This document shows positions 19,401 to 34,400 of a stretch of 64,000 nucleotides of DNA, one piece after another. The translations under genes and the position numbers were made by a program. The notes under the pieces are model-generated. The model had not been told where the DNA came from. It searched no databases and saw only the letters and a program-made list of their open reading frames with translations. This DNA is from Terriglobia bacterium (GTDB lineage Bacteria > Acidobacteriota > Polarisedimenticolia > Polarisedimenticolales > JAIQFR01), in the NCBI GenBank assembly GCA_963748015.1, contig CAVVHE010000008.1:416001-480000 (forward strand). Reading direction: 5' to 3'. Numbering within the stretch: the stretch's first letter is position 1; every line of letters begins with the position of its first letter.

Positions 19401-22400
19401 ACGCCGACGTCTGCACGACAGACACCTGCACGGCGTCCGGCGGCGCCGCCATCGAGCTCGACGGTACGAACGACTACGTCAATCTCGGGAACGACGGCAA
19501 CACCGCCGCGGTGAACTACCTCACGAATTTCGGCACGGGCAGCTTCACCATCGAGGGTTGGTTCAGGGCGGACACCGCGACCACGTACATGGGGCTGTTC
19601 CGGCAGGGAAGCCAGAACGCCTACCCGCAGGTCGTGGTCCAATTCCCCGGTACGAGCCCCTATAACCGCATCGCGGGTTCCATCGAGACTTCGACGGGCG
19701 GCACGCAGGTGGACGCGACGGTTGCTACTCAGTTCACCGTCGGCCAGTGGTACCACTACGCGATGGTGGCGGACCGGACACCCGGGGCGCAGGCCCTCAC
19801 GGTCTACCTGCACGACGCGACCGGTGCCTTGGTCGGCAGCGCGCAGGCGGCCGCCAGCGCCTGGAGCACCTATCCGATCAACGACACCTACACCGGCACG
19901 TCGCCGAACGAGGTGCGCGACCCGGCGCTCATGGGCGTCGCGCGCACGCCGTCACCGGGTGCGAACTACAACTACTACTTCGATGGCCGACTCGACGAAA
20001 TGCGGATCTGGGACCACGCCCGGACGGCCCAGCAGATCCTCGACAACGTCAAGCTGCAGATCCCGTCGGCCACGGGCCTCGTGCACCGCTGGGCGATGAG
20101 CGAGGGAACGGGGACGACGATGGCCGACACGGGCGCCGCCCCGACGACGGTGGCGAACCTGGTCAACGGTCCCACGTGGCGGACGCTCACGGCCGACCTC
20201 CCGCCCTTCGCGGAAGGCACCTGCGAGTACACCCCGGTGCCCGGCTGCTGCAACACGAACGACGAATGCGCCGACGCCGACCCCTGCACGATCGATACGT
20301 GCAACCCGGTGTCGCACACGTGCGGTAATGTTCCGGCGGGCGAGTGCTGCGTGGACGCGGACTGCAACGACAGCAACGTCTGCACCGACGACACGTGCGA
20401 CACGGGGACGAACGCGTGCGGCCACACGTTCAACACGGACCCGTGCAACGACGGCAACCCGGGCACCGGCAACGACGTGTGCGCGGGAGGAGTGTGCGCG
20501 GGAAGCGACCTCTGCGCCGGTGTGACGTGCACGGCCCTGGACCAGTGCCACGTGCCGGGCGTCTGCGATCCGCAGACCGGAATCTGTACTCCGAGCCCGG
20601 CGGCGCCGGACGGCACCGGATGCAGCGACGGGAACGCGTGCACCGCGACCGACATGTGCCAATCGGGAGCTTGCGCCCCGGGTGCCCCGCTCGATTGCAG
20701 CGACAGTGACGACTGCACGACCGATTCCTGCGACCCCGCGAGCGGTTGCCGCAACACGCCGCTGAACTGCTTCGACGGCGACTCCTGCACGCTGGACTCG
20801 TGCGCCGCGGGCGTCTGCCAGCACCAGGCGATCGATTGCGAGAACGAGATCGCGGGACCGTTCGACGGCACCTTCCTGACCACGGAGGCGGGAGGAGGGG
20901 CCACGCCCGAAGACCCGATGGCCACCACCGTGACCAGTCCTGTGAGCGGAACGATCGAGATTCACGAGACCGTCGCGGCCGGGAACGCGCCCTCGGGCGT
21001 CACGTTCATCGACCTGCAGGTCGAGGTCACCGCGCCGCCGGCGTCGAGCGCCGCGCCGCTGCACCTGACGTTCCGGCTCGACGCTTCATCGCTTCCTACC
21101 GGCCTCCTGATCGATGGGCTCGCCGTCTACAGGGACGGCGTCGCGGTGCCGAATTGCACCGGGGCCCCCGGCGTCGCTGACCCGGACCCGTGCGTGAGCA
21201 GCCGCGCATTCCTTCCGGACGGGGACGCGCAGGTCGACGTGTTGACGTCGACCGCGAGCGCGTGGAACTTCGGCTATACGGACTGCGGAAGTCTCGCGGA
21301 TGGCACGCCGTGTGACGATGAGAACGCATGCACGCAAACCGACACGTGCCAGGCCGGCGTGTGCACCGGCGAGAACCCAGTGGTCTGCACCGCGCTGAAT
21401 CCGTGCCACGACGTGGGAACGTGCGATACGGTCACGGGCGTCTGCTCGGACCCGCCGAAGACGGACGGGACGCTGTGCGACGACGGCGACGCCTGCACGC
21501 AAGAGGACACCTGCCAGGCGGGGGCGTGCGCCAGCGGGACCCCGGTCTCCTGCGACGACTTCAGGCCCTGCACGGACGACACGTGCGACCCGTTGGGCGG
21601 CTGTATCCATACGCCGGACGATACGAACAGCTGCTCGGACGGCAACCTCTGTAACGGGCTCGAGACCTGCTCGGGCGGGGACTGCGCCCCGGGCACGCCG
21701 CTGACCTGCAGCGACGGCAACCCGTGCACGGACGACACGTGCGACCCGGTGAGCGGGTGCGTGTACACGCCGGACGACACGAACAGCTGCGACGACGGAA
21801 CGATCTGCACGATCGGTGACGCGTGCCTGGGTGGATTGTGCGTCGGCAGCCCCACCTGCAACGACGGGAACGTCTGCACCAGCGACGTTTGCACGGGTAC
21901 GAACGTCAACGGGTACGCCCTCAACTTCGACGGCGCGGACGACCACGTGACGATGGGACAGGCCGCCGGCGAGTCCGCCCTCGGCGCTCGGGCGTTCACG
22001 CTCGAGGCCTGGGTCAAGCGGGACGGCGCCTCGTGGGGGAACGCGAACGCGTCGACGGGCACGGGCGGGCTCCAGAACGTGGTGGCGCTGATCACCAAGG
22101 GCCGCAGCGAGGCGGACGGGACGACCCAGGACTGCAACTACTTCTTCGGCATCACGGCGGGCGGCCGGCTGGTCGCGGACTTCGAGCAATACGCGGCTAG
22201 CGGTACCGGCGGGACCGTTCCGGCGGGTCAGAATCGCCCCATCTGCAGCACTTCGACCGGCGGAGCCATCGCCGACCAGAACTGGCATCACGTCGCCGTC
22301 ACTTACAGCACGGCGGCCGGCTGGAAGCTCTACCTGGACGGCGCGGACGTGACCGCGGCCAACGGTCTCCCGGCGACTTGCGGCACCGAGTCTACGTGTT

Positions 22401-25400
22401 CGGATGGCTCGATCTGCGTACAGAGTCCTGGGGTCGAGCCGAGATACGACAGCATCCAGCACTTCGGCCTGGGTGTCGCGCTGAACAGCACGGGAGCCAG
22501 CCCGGGCGGCTATTTCGGCGGGATGATGGACGAGCCGCGCGTGTGGAACTACGCGCGATCGGCCGCCGAGATTCGGACCGGAATGTCCATGCAGATCCAG
22601 GCGGCCGCGGGGCTGATCGGACACTGGGGATTGAACGAGGGGTCGGGGACGACGGCCAACGATTCGACGACACCCGCGCAGAACGGGACGCTCACCGGCG
22701 GTCCGGCATGGGCCTCGGCGGCAGAGCCCGCCCTCGGACAGTGCGAGTACGTCGCCATCGCCAACTGCTGCGTCACGGCCGCCGAGTGCAACGACGGAAA
22801 CGTCTGCACCGACGACGCGTGCACGGGGAACCAGTGCGAGCACGCGAACAACGCCGCGTCCTGCACGGACGGGAACAGCTGCACGTCCGAGGACGTGTGT
22901 TCCGGCGGAACCTGTACCGGCACGCCGATACCGGACTGCTGCCAGGGGGACGCGCAGTGCGACGACGGGAACGGCTGCACGACGGACTCGTGCAACACGG
23001 GCAACGCCGCCGCGATCGAGCTCAACGGGACGACCCAATACGTCAACCTCGGCAACGACGGCAACACCGCGAACGTCAACTTCCTGACGAACTACGGTAC
23101 GAACAGCTTCACGATCGAGGGCTGGTTCTGGGCGGATGCGTCGAACACCGACCGGATCGGGATCTTCCGGCAGGGTAGTCAGGGTAGCTATCCGCAGGTC
23201 GTGGTCCAGCTCATGAGCTCGAACAGGATCGCGGCATCGGTCGAGGCGAGCACGACCGGAACCCAGGTCGACACCGCGACCCCGCCGACGTTCACGCTGG
23301 GCGCCTGGCACCACTTCGCGATGGTGGTGGTGCGTGACCTGGTCACTCCTGCCAACCAGCGGCTCAACCTGTACTTGGACGGCGTCCTCAAGGAAAGCAC
23401 TCTTGCTTCGTTGTGGGGAACGTATCCCATCAACGACTCGAGCCTCTCCGGCACCTATGACTCCGTGATCCTCGGCGCCGCCCGGACGGCACCCGGGGCG
23501 AATTACGGCCTGTATCTCGACGGGCGGCTGGACGAATTCCGGATCTGGGACCATGCGCGCGACGCGACCCAAATCGCCGCGAACATGAACAAGCAGATCC
23601 TATCTGCGCCGGGGTTGCGGCACCGCTGGGCGATGAACGAGGGAGCCGGGACGACGGCGGCGGATTCCGGCTCGACGCCGACGACCGCGGCAACGCTCGT
23701 CAACGCTCCAATCTGGCGCGCTGTACCGGGGGACATTCCGGCTTTCGGGAACGACCGCTGCCAGCACGCCAACAACACGCTGCCCTGCGAGGACGGCTCT
23801 TACTGCACGGTCAACGACGCGTGCGGTGGCGGCGCGTGTACCGGCGGGGCGCAGCGGGACTGCTCGGACAGCGTGGCTTGCACGACCGACGCTTGTGACG
23901 AGGGAGCGGACAGTTGCACCCACACGGCATCGAACGCGGCGTGCGACGACGGGCTGTGGTGCAACGGCGCCGAGACGTGCGATTTGGTCGGAGGGTGCCA
24001 GGCGGGCACCGAGCCGAGCTGCGACGACGGCGTCGCCTGCACGACCGACGCGTGCGACGAGGGGACGGACAGCTGCACGCACGTCGCATCGAACGCGGCG
24101 TGCGACGACGGCCTGTTCTGTACCGACGACGTCTGCGATCCGGTCCAGGGCTGCCAGCACTCCGCGCGAAGCTGCGATGACGGTGTCGCCTGCACGACGG
24201 ACGCCTGCGACGAGGGGTCGGATAGCTGCACACACACGGCATCGAACGCGGCGTGCGACGACGGCCTGTTCTGTACCGACGACGTGTGCGATCCGGTCCA
24301 GGGCTGCCAGCACCCGGCGCATGGTTGCGCCGACGGTGTCGCCTGCACGACCGACGCTTGTGACGAGGGAACGGACAGCTGCACCCACGCGGCATCGAAC
24401 GCGGCGTGCGACGACGGGCTATGGTGCAACGGCGCGGAGACGTGCGATCCGGTCGGGGGCTGCCAACCGGGTACCCCGCCCAGTTGCGACGACGGCGTCG
24501 CCTGCACGACCGACGCTTGCGACGAGGGGGCGGACAGCTGCACGCACGCTGCCTCGAATGCGGCATGCGACGACGGCCTGTTCTGTACCGAGGACGCCTG
24601 CGATCCGGTCCAGGGTTGCCAGCACTCCGCGCGCGGCTGCGATGACGGTGTGGCCTGCACGACGGACGCTTGCGACGAGGAAACGGACAGTTGCACGCAC
24701 GCGGCGTCGAATGCGGCGTGCGACGACGGGCTCTTCTGTACCGACGACGTCTGCGATCCGGTCCAGGGATGCCAGCACCCGGCGCACAGCTGCGCCGACG
24801 GTGTCGCCTGCACGACCGACGCTTGTGACGAGGGAACGGACAGCTGCACCCACGCGGCATCGAACGCGGCGTGCGACGACGGGCTGTGGTGCAACGGCGC
24901 CGAGACGTGCGACCCGGTCGGGGGCTGCCAATCGGGTACCCCGCCCAGTTGCGACGACGGCGTCGCCTGCACGAACGACGCTTGCGACGAGGTAGCCGAT
25001 TCTTGCGCGCACGCGCCGTCGGATGCGGCATGCGGCGACGGGAACGCCTGCACGACGGATACCTGCGATCCGCTCCTCGGCTGCCGCCATACTGCCGTAA
25101 CCTGTGACGATGGCAGCGCCTGCACCAGCGACTCGTGCGACCCGCTGCTCGGCTGCGTCTTCATCGCGAATCCGACCGTATGCGACGATGGCAGGGCCTG
25201 CACCAGCGACACGTGCGCCGGTCCGTTCGGCAACTTCGCTCTGAGCTTCAACGGCACGAACCAGAGTCTCGACTTCGGGGCGGCCGCGGACCACCCGGAG
25301 CTCGGTCTCTCGCAGTTCACGCTCGAAGCGTGGATCTACCGGAGTACGGGAGGAACCACGGCGAGCTCGGGCACGGGCGGCGTCGTGGGCTACCCGATCA

Positions 25401-28400
25401 TCGCCAAGGGCGTCGGCGAAGGCGACAACAGCAACGTCGACGCGAACTACTTCTTCGCGATCGACTCGGCGACGGGCAAGCTGGGTGCGGATTTCGAGGA
25501 GGGCGTCGGCCAGGCGAGCCCCGGACTCAACCATCCGATCCTCGGGAATACCGTCGTCCCGCTGAACGAGTGGCACCACGTCGCGGTGACGTACGACGGC
25601 ACGACATGGGCGCTTTACCTCGACGGGAATGTCGACGGAACGCTCGTCGTGGGACGCCTGCCGCGCTCCGACAGCATCCAGCGTTTCGCCGTGGCCACGA
25701 CGACGAATTCCACCGGAGCGGACGCCGGCTTCTTCAGCGGCCAAATCGACGAGGTCCGGGTGTGGAATGTCGCCCGGTCGGCCTTGGATATCTCGACCTC
25801 GAGGAACCGGCGCATCACCGCAGCACAGGGCCTCGTGGGGCGTTGGGGTCTCGACGAGGGAGCCGGCGGGGCGGTAGGCGACTCGACCGGGGCGAACAAC
25901 GGAACGCTCGTCAACGCGCCGACATGGGTCTCGGGAGCTTCGGGCCTTGGCACGGCGACATGCTCTTACGCGAACGCGTCCAGCGGTACGGTGTGCGACG
26001 ACGGCAACGCGTGCACGACGGGGGATCAGTGCTCGGCAGGCACTTGCGGCGGAACCTCGGTGCCGGGCTGTTGCCTCACGGCCGCGGACTGCGTCGACGT
26101 CGACACCTGCACGGCCGACGCGTGCGTCGACAGTCAGTGCATCCACACGCCGATTCCGGACTGCTGTCAGTCCAGCGCGCAGTGTGACGACGGAAACGTT
26201 TGCACCACCGAGTCCTGCAACACCGCGAACGACGCGGCCATCAAGCTCAACGGCACGAGCCAGTACGTTAACCTCGGCAACGACGGCGCCACGACGGCGG
26301 TGAACTACCTGACGAACTTCGGAAGCGGCAGCTTCACGATAGAGGGATGGTTCGCGTTCGACAACCCGAGCACTCCGGCGCTGTACGCCGCGATCTTCCG
26401 TCAGGGTCGGCAGGGCACGAACCCGCAGGTCGTCGTGCAGTACAACGGTGGCTTCGCGGTGTCCGTGGAGACCGACACCGGGAACCAGAAGGACATCGCG
26501 ACCGCGCTAACGTTCCCGGACAGCGCGTGGCATCACTTCGCGATGGTCGTCAACCGCACGACCAACCAGCTCGAGTTGTGGCTCGACGGGGTCAAGAAGA
26601 ACAACGTCGACACGTCGGTCTGGGGCGCCTCCACGATCAGCAACAAGTACACGGCCGACGCGGTGTGGCTCGGCGTGGCGCGCGACAGCGCGGGCGCGAT
26701 CGTCTCTGGCAGCTACCTGAACGGTAAGGTCGACGAGCTCCGGACCTGGGACTACGCCTGGACCGCAACCGATTTCGGGAGCTACATGGGCCGGGAGCTG
26801 ACTTCGGCGCCGGGCTTGCGCCATCGCTGGGCGATGAACGAGGGATCCGGAACGACGACGGCGGACTCGGGATCGACACCGACGGGGGCTGCGACGCTGG
26901 TCGGCACACCGACCTGGCTCACGAGTTCCGCTTCTATCCCCGCGTACGGAAACGACAGGTGCCTGCGCGCGAACAACACGCTGTCGTGCGAGGACGGGGC
27001 CTATTGCACGATCGGCGACGTTTGCGACGGCGGCTTCTGCGTGGGGGGAACGCAACGGAACTGCTCGGACGGCGTCGTCTGTACTGCTGACGCCTGCGAC
27101 GAGGGTGCGGACTCCTGCACACACGTTGCGACCAACGCCGCGTGCGAGGACGGAAGCGTCTGCAACGGGCTCGAGACCTGCGATCCGGTTGCCGGGTGCC
27201 AGCCCGGGACTCCGCTTACTTGCGACGACGGACTGTGGTGCAACGGCACCGAGACGTGCGACCCGATCACGGGCTGCCAGCCGGGTACGGCTCCGAACTG
27301 CAACGACAACGTTGATTGCACGTCGGACGCCTGCGACGAAGCAGCGGATAGTTGCACCCACGCGGCGAGCAATGCCGCGTGCGATGACGCGAACGTCTGC
27401 AACGGGCTCGAGACCTGCGACCCGGTTGCCGGGTGCCAGCCCGGGACTCCGCTCACTTGCGACGACGGAAACGTCTGCAACGGACTCGAGACCTGCGATC
27501 CGGTCAACGGTTGCCAGCCTGGAACACCGCTCACCTGCGACGACGGGTTGTGGTGCAACGGGACCGAGACTTGCGACCCGATCACGGGCTGCCAGCCGGG
27601 CACGGCTCCGAATTGCAATGACGGCGTGGCTTGTACGACGGACGCGTGCGACGAGGCGATCGACAGCTGCACGCACGAGCCAAGCAACGCGGCGTGCGAC
27701 GACGCGAACGTCTGCAACGGGCCTCGAGACCTGCGACCCGGTTAGCGGGTGCCAGCCGGGGACTACCGCTCACTTGCGACGACGGGTTGTGGTGCAACGG
27801 CGACCGAGACGTGCGACCCGATCACGGGCTGCCAGCCGGGCACGGCTCCGAATTGCAGTGACGGCGTGGCCTGCACGACGGACGCCTGCGATGAAGCGAT
27901 CGACAGCTGCACGCGCATAGCCAACAACGCGGCGTGCGATGACGCGAACGTCTGCAACGGGCTCGAGACCTGCGATCCGGTTAGCGGGTGCCAGCCGGGA
28001 ACGCCGCTGACCTGCGACGACGGAAACGTCTGCAACGGCCTCGAGAGCTGCGACCCGGTCACCGGGTGCGAGCCGGGGATACCGCTCACCTGCGACGACG
28101 GGTTGTGGTGCAACGGCACCGAGACCTGCGACCCGATCACGGGCTGCCAGTCGGGCACGGGTCCGAACTGCAACGACAGTGTCGATTGCACGACGGACGC
28201 CTGCGATGAAGCGATCGACAGCTGCACGCACGTAGCCAACAACGCGGCGTGCGACGACGCGAACGTCTGCAACGGCCTCGAGAGCTGCGACCCGGTCACC
28301 GGGTGCCAGCCGGGGACACCGATCACCTGCGACGACGGGTTGTGGTGCAACGGGACCGAGACGTGCGACCCGATCACGGGCTGCCAGCCGGGCACGCCTC

Positions 28401-31400
28401 CGAATTGCAATGATGGCGTGGCCTGCACGACGGACGCCTGCGATGAAGCGATCGACAGCTGCACGCACGTAGCCAACAACGCGGCGTGCGACGACGCGAA
28501 CGTCTGCAACGGGCTCGAGACCTGCGACCCGGTCACCGGGTGCCAGCCTGGAACGCCGCTGACCTGCGACGACGGAAACGTCTGCAACGGGCTCGAGACC
28601 TGCGATCCGGTTGGCGGGTGCCAGCCTGGAACGCCGCTGACCTGCGACGACGGGTTGTGGTGCGACGGCACCGAGACGTGCGACCCGATCACGGGCTGCC
28701 AGCCCGGCACGGCTCCGAATTGCAATGACGGCGTGGCCTGCACGACGGACGCCTGCGATGAAGCGATCGACAGCTGCACGCACGTAGCCAACAACGCGGC
28801 GTGCGACGACGCGAACGTCTGCAACGGCCTCGAGAGCTGCGACCCGGTCACCGGGTGCCAGCCGGGGACTACCGCTCACCTGCGACGACGGGTTGTGGTG
28901 CAACGGCACCGAGACTTGCGACCCGATCACGGGCTGCCAGCCGGGCACGGCTCCGAATTGCAATGACGGCGTGGCTTGCACGACGGACGCCTGCAATGAA
29001 GCGATCGACAGCTGCACGCACGTAGCCAACAACGCGGCGTGCGACGACGCGAACGTCTGCAACGGCCTCGAGAGCTGCGACCCGGTCACCGGGTGCCAGC
29101 CTGGGATACCGCTCACCTGCGACGACGGGCTGTGGTGCAACGGCACCGAGACCTGCGACCCGATCACGGGCTGCCAGCCGGGCACGGGTCCGAACTGCAA
29201 CGACAGTGTCGATTGCACGACGGACGCCTGCGATGAAGCGATCGACAGCTGCACGCACGTAGCCAACAACGCGGCGTGCGATGACGCGAACGTCTGCAAC
29301 GGCCTCGAGAGCTGCGATCCGGTCACCGGGTGCCAGCCGGGGACACCGCTCACCTGCGACGACGGGTTGTGGTGCAACGGGACCGAGACGTGCGACCCGA
29401 TCACGGGCTGCCAGCCGGGCACGGCTCCGAACTGCAACGACAGCGTGGCTTGCACGACGGACGCCTGCGACGAAGCAGCGGATAGTTGCACGCACGCGGC
29501 AAGCAACGCGGCGTGCGATGACGCGAACGTCTGCAACGGCCTCGAGAGCTGCGACCCGGTCACCGGGTGCGAGCCGGGGATACCGCTCACCTGCGACGAC
29601 GGGTTGTGGTGCAACGGCACCGAGACTTGCGACCCGATCACGGGCTGCCAGCCGGGCACGGGTCCGAACTGCAACGACAGTGTCGATTGCACGACGGACG
29701 CCTGCGATGAAGCGATCGACAGCTGCACGCACGTAGCCAACAACGCGGCGTGCGACGACGCGAACGTCTGCAACGGGCTCGAGACCTGCGATCCGGTTAG
29801 CGGGTGCCAGCCTGGGACGCCGCTTACTTGCGACGACGGAAACGTCTGCAACGGGCTCGAGACCTGCGATCCGGTTGGCGGGTGCCAGCCTGGAACGCCG
29901 CTGACCTGCGACGACGGACTGTGGTGCAACGGCACCGAGACGTGCGAACCGATCACGGGCTGCCAGCCGGGCACGGCTCCGAATTGCAACGACAGTGTTG
30001 ATTGCACGACGGACGCCTGCGATGAAGCGATCGATAGTTGCACGCACGCGGCAAGCAACGCGGCGTGCGATGACGCGAACGTCTGCAACGGGCTCGAGAC
30101 CTGCGATCCGGTTAGCGGGTGCCAGCCCGGGACTCCGCTTACTTGCGACGACGGGTTGTGGTGCAACGGCACCGAGACCTGCGACCCGATCACGGGCTGC
30201 CAGCCGGGCACGGCTCCGAACTGCAACGACGGCGTGGCTTGCACGACGGACGCCTGTGACGAAGCAACGGATAGTTGCACGCACGCGGCAAACAACGCGG
30301 CGTGCGATGACGCGAACGTCTGCAACGGGCTCGAGACCTGCGATCCGGTTAGCGGGTGCCAGCCCGGGACTCCGCTCACTTGCGACGACGGAAACGTCTG
30401 CAACGGACTCGAGACCTGCGATCCGGTCAACGGTTGCCAGCCTGGAACGCCGCTGACCTGCGACGACGGACTGTGGTGCAACGGCACCGAGACGTGCGAC
30501 CCGATCACGGGCTGTCAGCCGGGTACGGCTCCGAATTGCAATGACGGCGTGGCCTGCACGACGGACGCCTGCGATGAAGCGATCGACAGCTGCACGCACG
30601 TAGCCAACAACGCGGCGTGCGACGACGCGAACGTCTGCAACGGCCTCGAGAGCTGCGACCCGGTCACCGGGTGCCAGCCGGGGATACCGCTCACCTGCGA
30701 CGACGGGTTGTGGTGCAACGGCGCCGAGACTTGCGAACAGATCACGGGCTGCCAGCCGGGCACGGCTCCGAATTGCAACGACAATGTTGATTGCACGTCG
30801 GACGCGTGCGACGAAGCGAGCGGATAGTTGCACCCACGCGGCGAGCAATGCCGCGTGCGACGACGCGAACGTCTGCAACGGGCTCGAAACCTGCGATCCG
30901 GTTAGCGGGTGCCAGCCCGGGACTCCGCTTACTTGCGACGACGGAAACGTCTGCAACGGACTCGAGACCTGCGATCCGGTTGGCGGGTGCCAGCCTGGAA
31001 CGCCGCTGACCTGCGACGACGGACGGTGGTGCGACGGCATCGAGACGTGCGAACCGATCACGGGCTGCCAGCCGGGCACGGCTCCGAATTGCAGTGACGG
31101 CGTGGCTTGTACGACCGATGCGTGTGACGAGGCAACGGATAGTTGCACGCACGCGGCAAGCAACGCGGCGTGCGATGACGCGAATGTCTGCAACGGCCTC
31201 GAGAGCTGCGACCCGGTTGCCGGGTGCCAGCCCGGGACTCCGCTCACTTGCGACGACGGAAACGTCTGCAACGGACTCGAGACCTGCGATCCGGTCAACG
31301 GTTGCCAGCCTGGAACGCCGCTGACCTGCGACGACGGACTGTGGTGCAACGGCACCGAGACGTGCGACCCGATCACGGGCTGCCAGCCGGGTACGGCTCC

Positions 31401-34400
31401 GAATTGCAATGACAGCGTGGCCTGCACGACGGACGCCTGCGATGAAGCGATCGACAGCTGCACGCACGTAGCCAACAACGCGGCGTGCGACGACGCGAAC
31501 GTCTGCAACGGCCTCGAGAGCTGCGACCCGGTCACCGGGTGCCAGCCGGGGATACCGCTCACCTGCGACGACGGGTTGTGGTGCAACGGCGCCGAGACTT
31601 GCGAACAGATCACGGGCTGCCAGCCGGGCACGGCTCCGAACTGCAACGACAATGTTGATTGCACGTCGGACGCGTGCGACGAAGCAGCGGATAGTTGCAC
31701 CCACGCGGCAAGCAACGCGGCGTGCGATGACGCGAACGTCTGCAACGGGCTCGAAACCTGCGATCCGGTTAGCGGGTGCCAGCCTGGGACTCCGCTTACT
31801 GCGACGACAAAAACGTCTGCAACGGACTCGAGTGCGATCGGTAACGGTTGCCAGCCTGGAACGCCGCTGACCTGCGACGACGGACTGTGGTGCAACGGCA
31901 CCGAGACGTGCGACCCGATCACGGGCTGCCAGCCGGGCACGGCTCCGAATTGCAATGACGGCGTGGCCTGCACGACGGACGCCTGCGATGAAGCGATCGA
32001 CAGCTGCGCGCACGTAGCCAACAACGCGGCGTGCAACGACGCGAACGTCTGCAACGGCCTCGAGAGCTGCGACCGGCGGTCACCGGGACTGCTACTTGCG
32101 AGACGGAAACGTCGCAACGGACTCGAGACCTGCGATCCGGTGGCGGGGCCGCTGGAACACCGCTGACCTGCGACGACGGGTTGTGGTGCAACGGCACCGA
32201 GACCTGCGACCCGATCACGGGCTGCCAGTCGGGCACGGGTCCGAACTGCAATGACAGTGTCGATTGCACGACGGACGCCTGTGACGAAGCAGCGGATAGT
32301 TGCACGCACGCGGCAAGCAACGCCGCGTGCGATGACGCGAACGTCTGTAACGGGCTCGAGACCTGCGATCAGGTTAGCGGGTGCCAGCCCGGGACGCCGC
32401 TCACTTGCGACGACGGGTTGTGGTGCAGCGGCGCCGAGACTTGCGAACCGATCACGGGCTGCCAGCCGGGCACGGCTCCGAATTGCAATGACGGCGTGGC
32501 CTGCACGACGGACGCCTGCGATGAAGCGATCGACAGCTGCACGCACGTAGCCAACAACGCGGCGTGCGACGACGCGAACGTCTGCAACGGGCTCGAAACC
32601 TGCGACCCGGTCACCGGGTGCCAGCCGGGGACACCGATCACCTGCGACGACGCGAACGTCTGCACGACCGACACCTGCGATCCCATCACGGGGTGCGGGC
32701 ATGTTAACAACATGGCGCCTTGTAACGATGGGATCTCGTGCACGTCAAACGACGCCTGCGCCGGTGGAGTCTGCTCCGGCCAGGGCAATTGCCCGGCGGG
32801 ACAGCACTGCGACACCAACTTGAACACGTGCACGGCGGACTCGAGCACGGTGTTGCTCCCGAATGACGTTCGGAGCTGCCAGGGCTCGCGCGTGATGGTG
32901 CCCGTGACGGTCGACCCGGTGTCCGGGGCGTTGGCGATGGATCTCGCCTTCACCTTCGACCCGGCGGTGCTTCGCGCGGTCGAGGTGCAGAAGAGCTCTC
33001 TCACGGCGGAGATGAGCTTGACCTACAACCTCGCGATGCCCGGCAAGGTGGATATCTCGCTCTTCGGGCCGGACCCGCTGTCGGGTGGCGGAGCGGTGGC
33101 CTGGGTCGTCTTCGAGGCGATCGGCGCGACGGGCTCGTCCACCGCGCTGCACTGGATCGAGCATCGGATCAACGAAGACGAGATCCCGACCACGGCCGAC
33201 GACGGCAGCGTGAGCGTAACGGCCGGGCAGGTCTCGCTGAGTCTCCCGAAGGACGTGGTCGGAGTGCCCGGCGGGCACGTCGTCGTGCCGGTCACCTCCA
33301 CGCCGAGAGCAGGGATCGGTATCGATCTGACGGTTCGTTTCGACGCGGCCGTCCTGCAGGTCGCCGGAGTGACGAAGGCAACAGGGATCCCGACCGGCTT
33401 TGTCCTGAATTACAGCACGGCAACGCCTGGCGAAGTGAGAATCTCGCTGTTCGGAACGGTGTCCCTCACGGGCAGCGGTCCGATCGTCAACATCGACTTC
33501 CTGGTGCTGGGAAGCATCGGCGACTCGAGCGCCCTGGATCTCGCCAGGGGCATGATCGACGAGGGCTCGATCGCGACATGTCTTTCCGACGGGCTGCTCG
33601 GCGTCTGCGCGACCAACTGTAGCGACGGCAACGCCTGCAACGGGAGCGAGATCTGCTCGGCAGGGGAGTGCGTGCCGGGGTCGCCGCCGGCCTGCGACGA
33701 CGGCAACGTCTGCACCACGGACAGCTGCAACCCGGCGACGGGGTGCGTCTACGCGAACAACACGGCCCCGTGCGATGACGGCAACGCTTGCACGACGAAC
33801 GACACCTGCTCCGGCGGCAGCTGCCAGGGCGGCGCGGCGGTGGTGTGCAGCGACGGGAACGTTTGCACGGACGATAGCTGCAACCCGGCGACAGGGTGCG
33901 TCTACACGAACAACACGGCCCCGTGCAACGACGGGAACGCCTGCACGACCAGCGACACCTGTTCCGGCGGCACCTGCACCGGCGGGACCGCCCTGGTCTG
34001 CAATGACGGAAACGTTTGCACGGACGACAGCTGCAACCCGGCGACGGGGTGCGTCTACACGAACAACGCGGCACCCTGCAGCGACGGGAACCCCTGTACG
34101 ACAGGCGACACCTGCTCCGGTGGCACCTGCGTCGGCGGAGCGGCTCTGGTCTGCAACGACGGCAACGTCTGCACGGACGACAGCTGCAGCCCGGCGACGG
34201 GTTGCGTCTACACCAATAACGCGGCGCCGTGCGAGGACGGTAGCACTTGCACGACGGGCGACAGTTGCTCCAATGGTACCTGCCAGCCGGGCGCGGGGCT
34301 CATCTGCAACGACGGGAATCCGTGCACCGACGACGGTTGCAGCCCGGCGACCGGATGTGTCTACACCAACAACACGGCGCCCTGCAGCGATGGAAACGCC

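Noticed and set aside
27060..32700. CRISPR array or non-coding satellite
   Set aside because: Units are multiples of 3 nt, encode Cys repeats, vary mostly at third positions and have no unique spacers. There are no cas genes.
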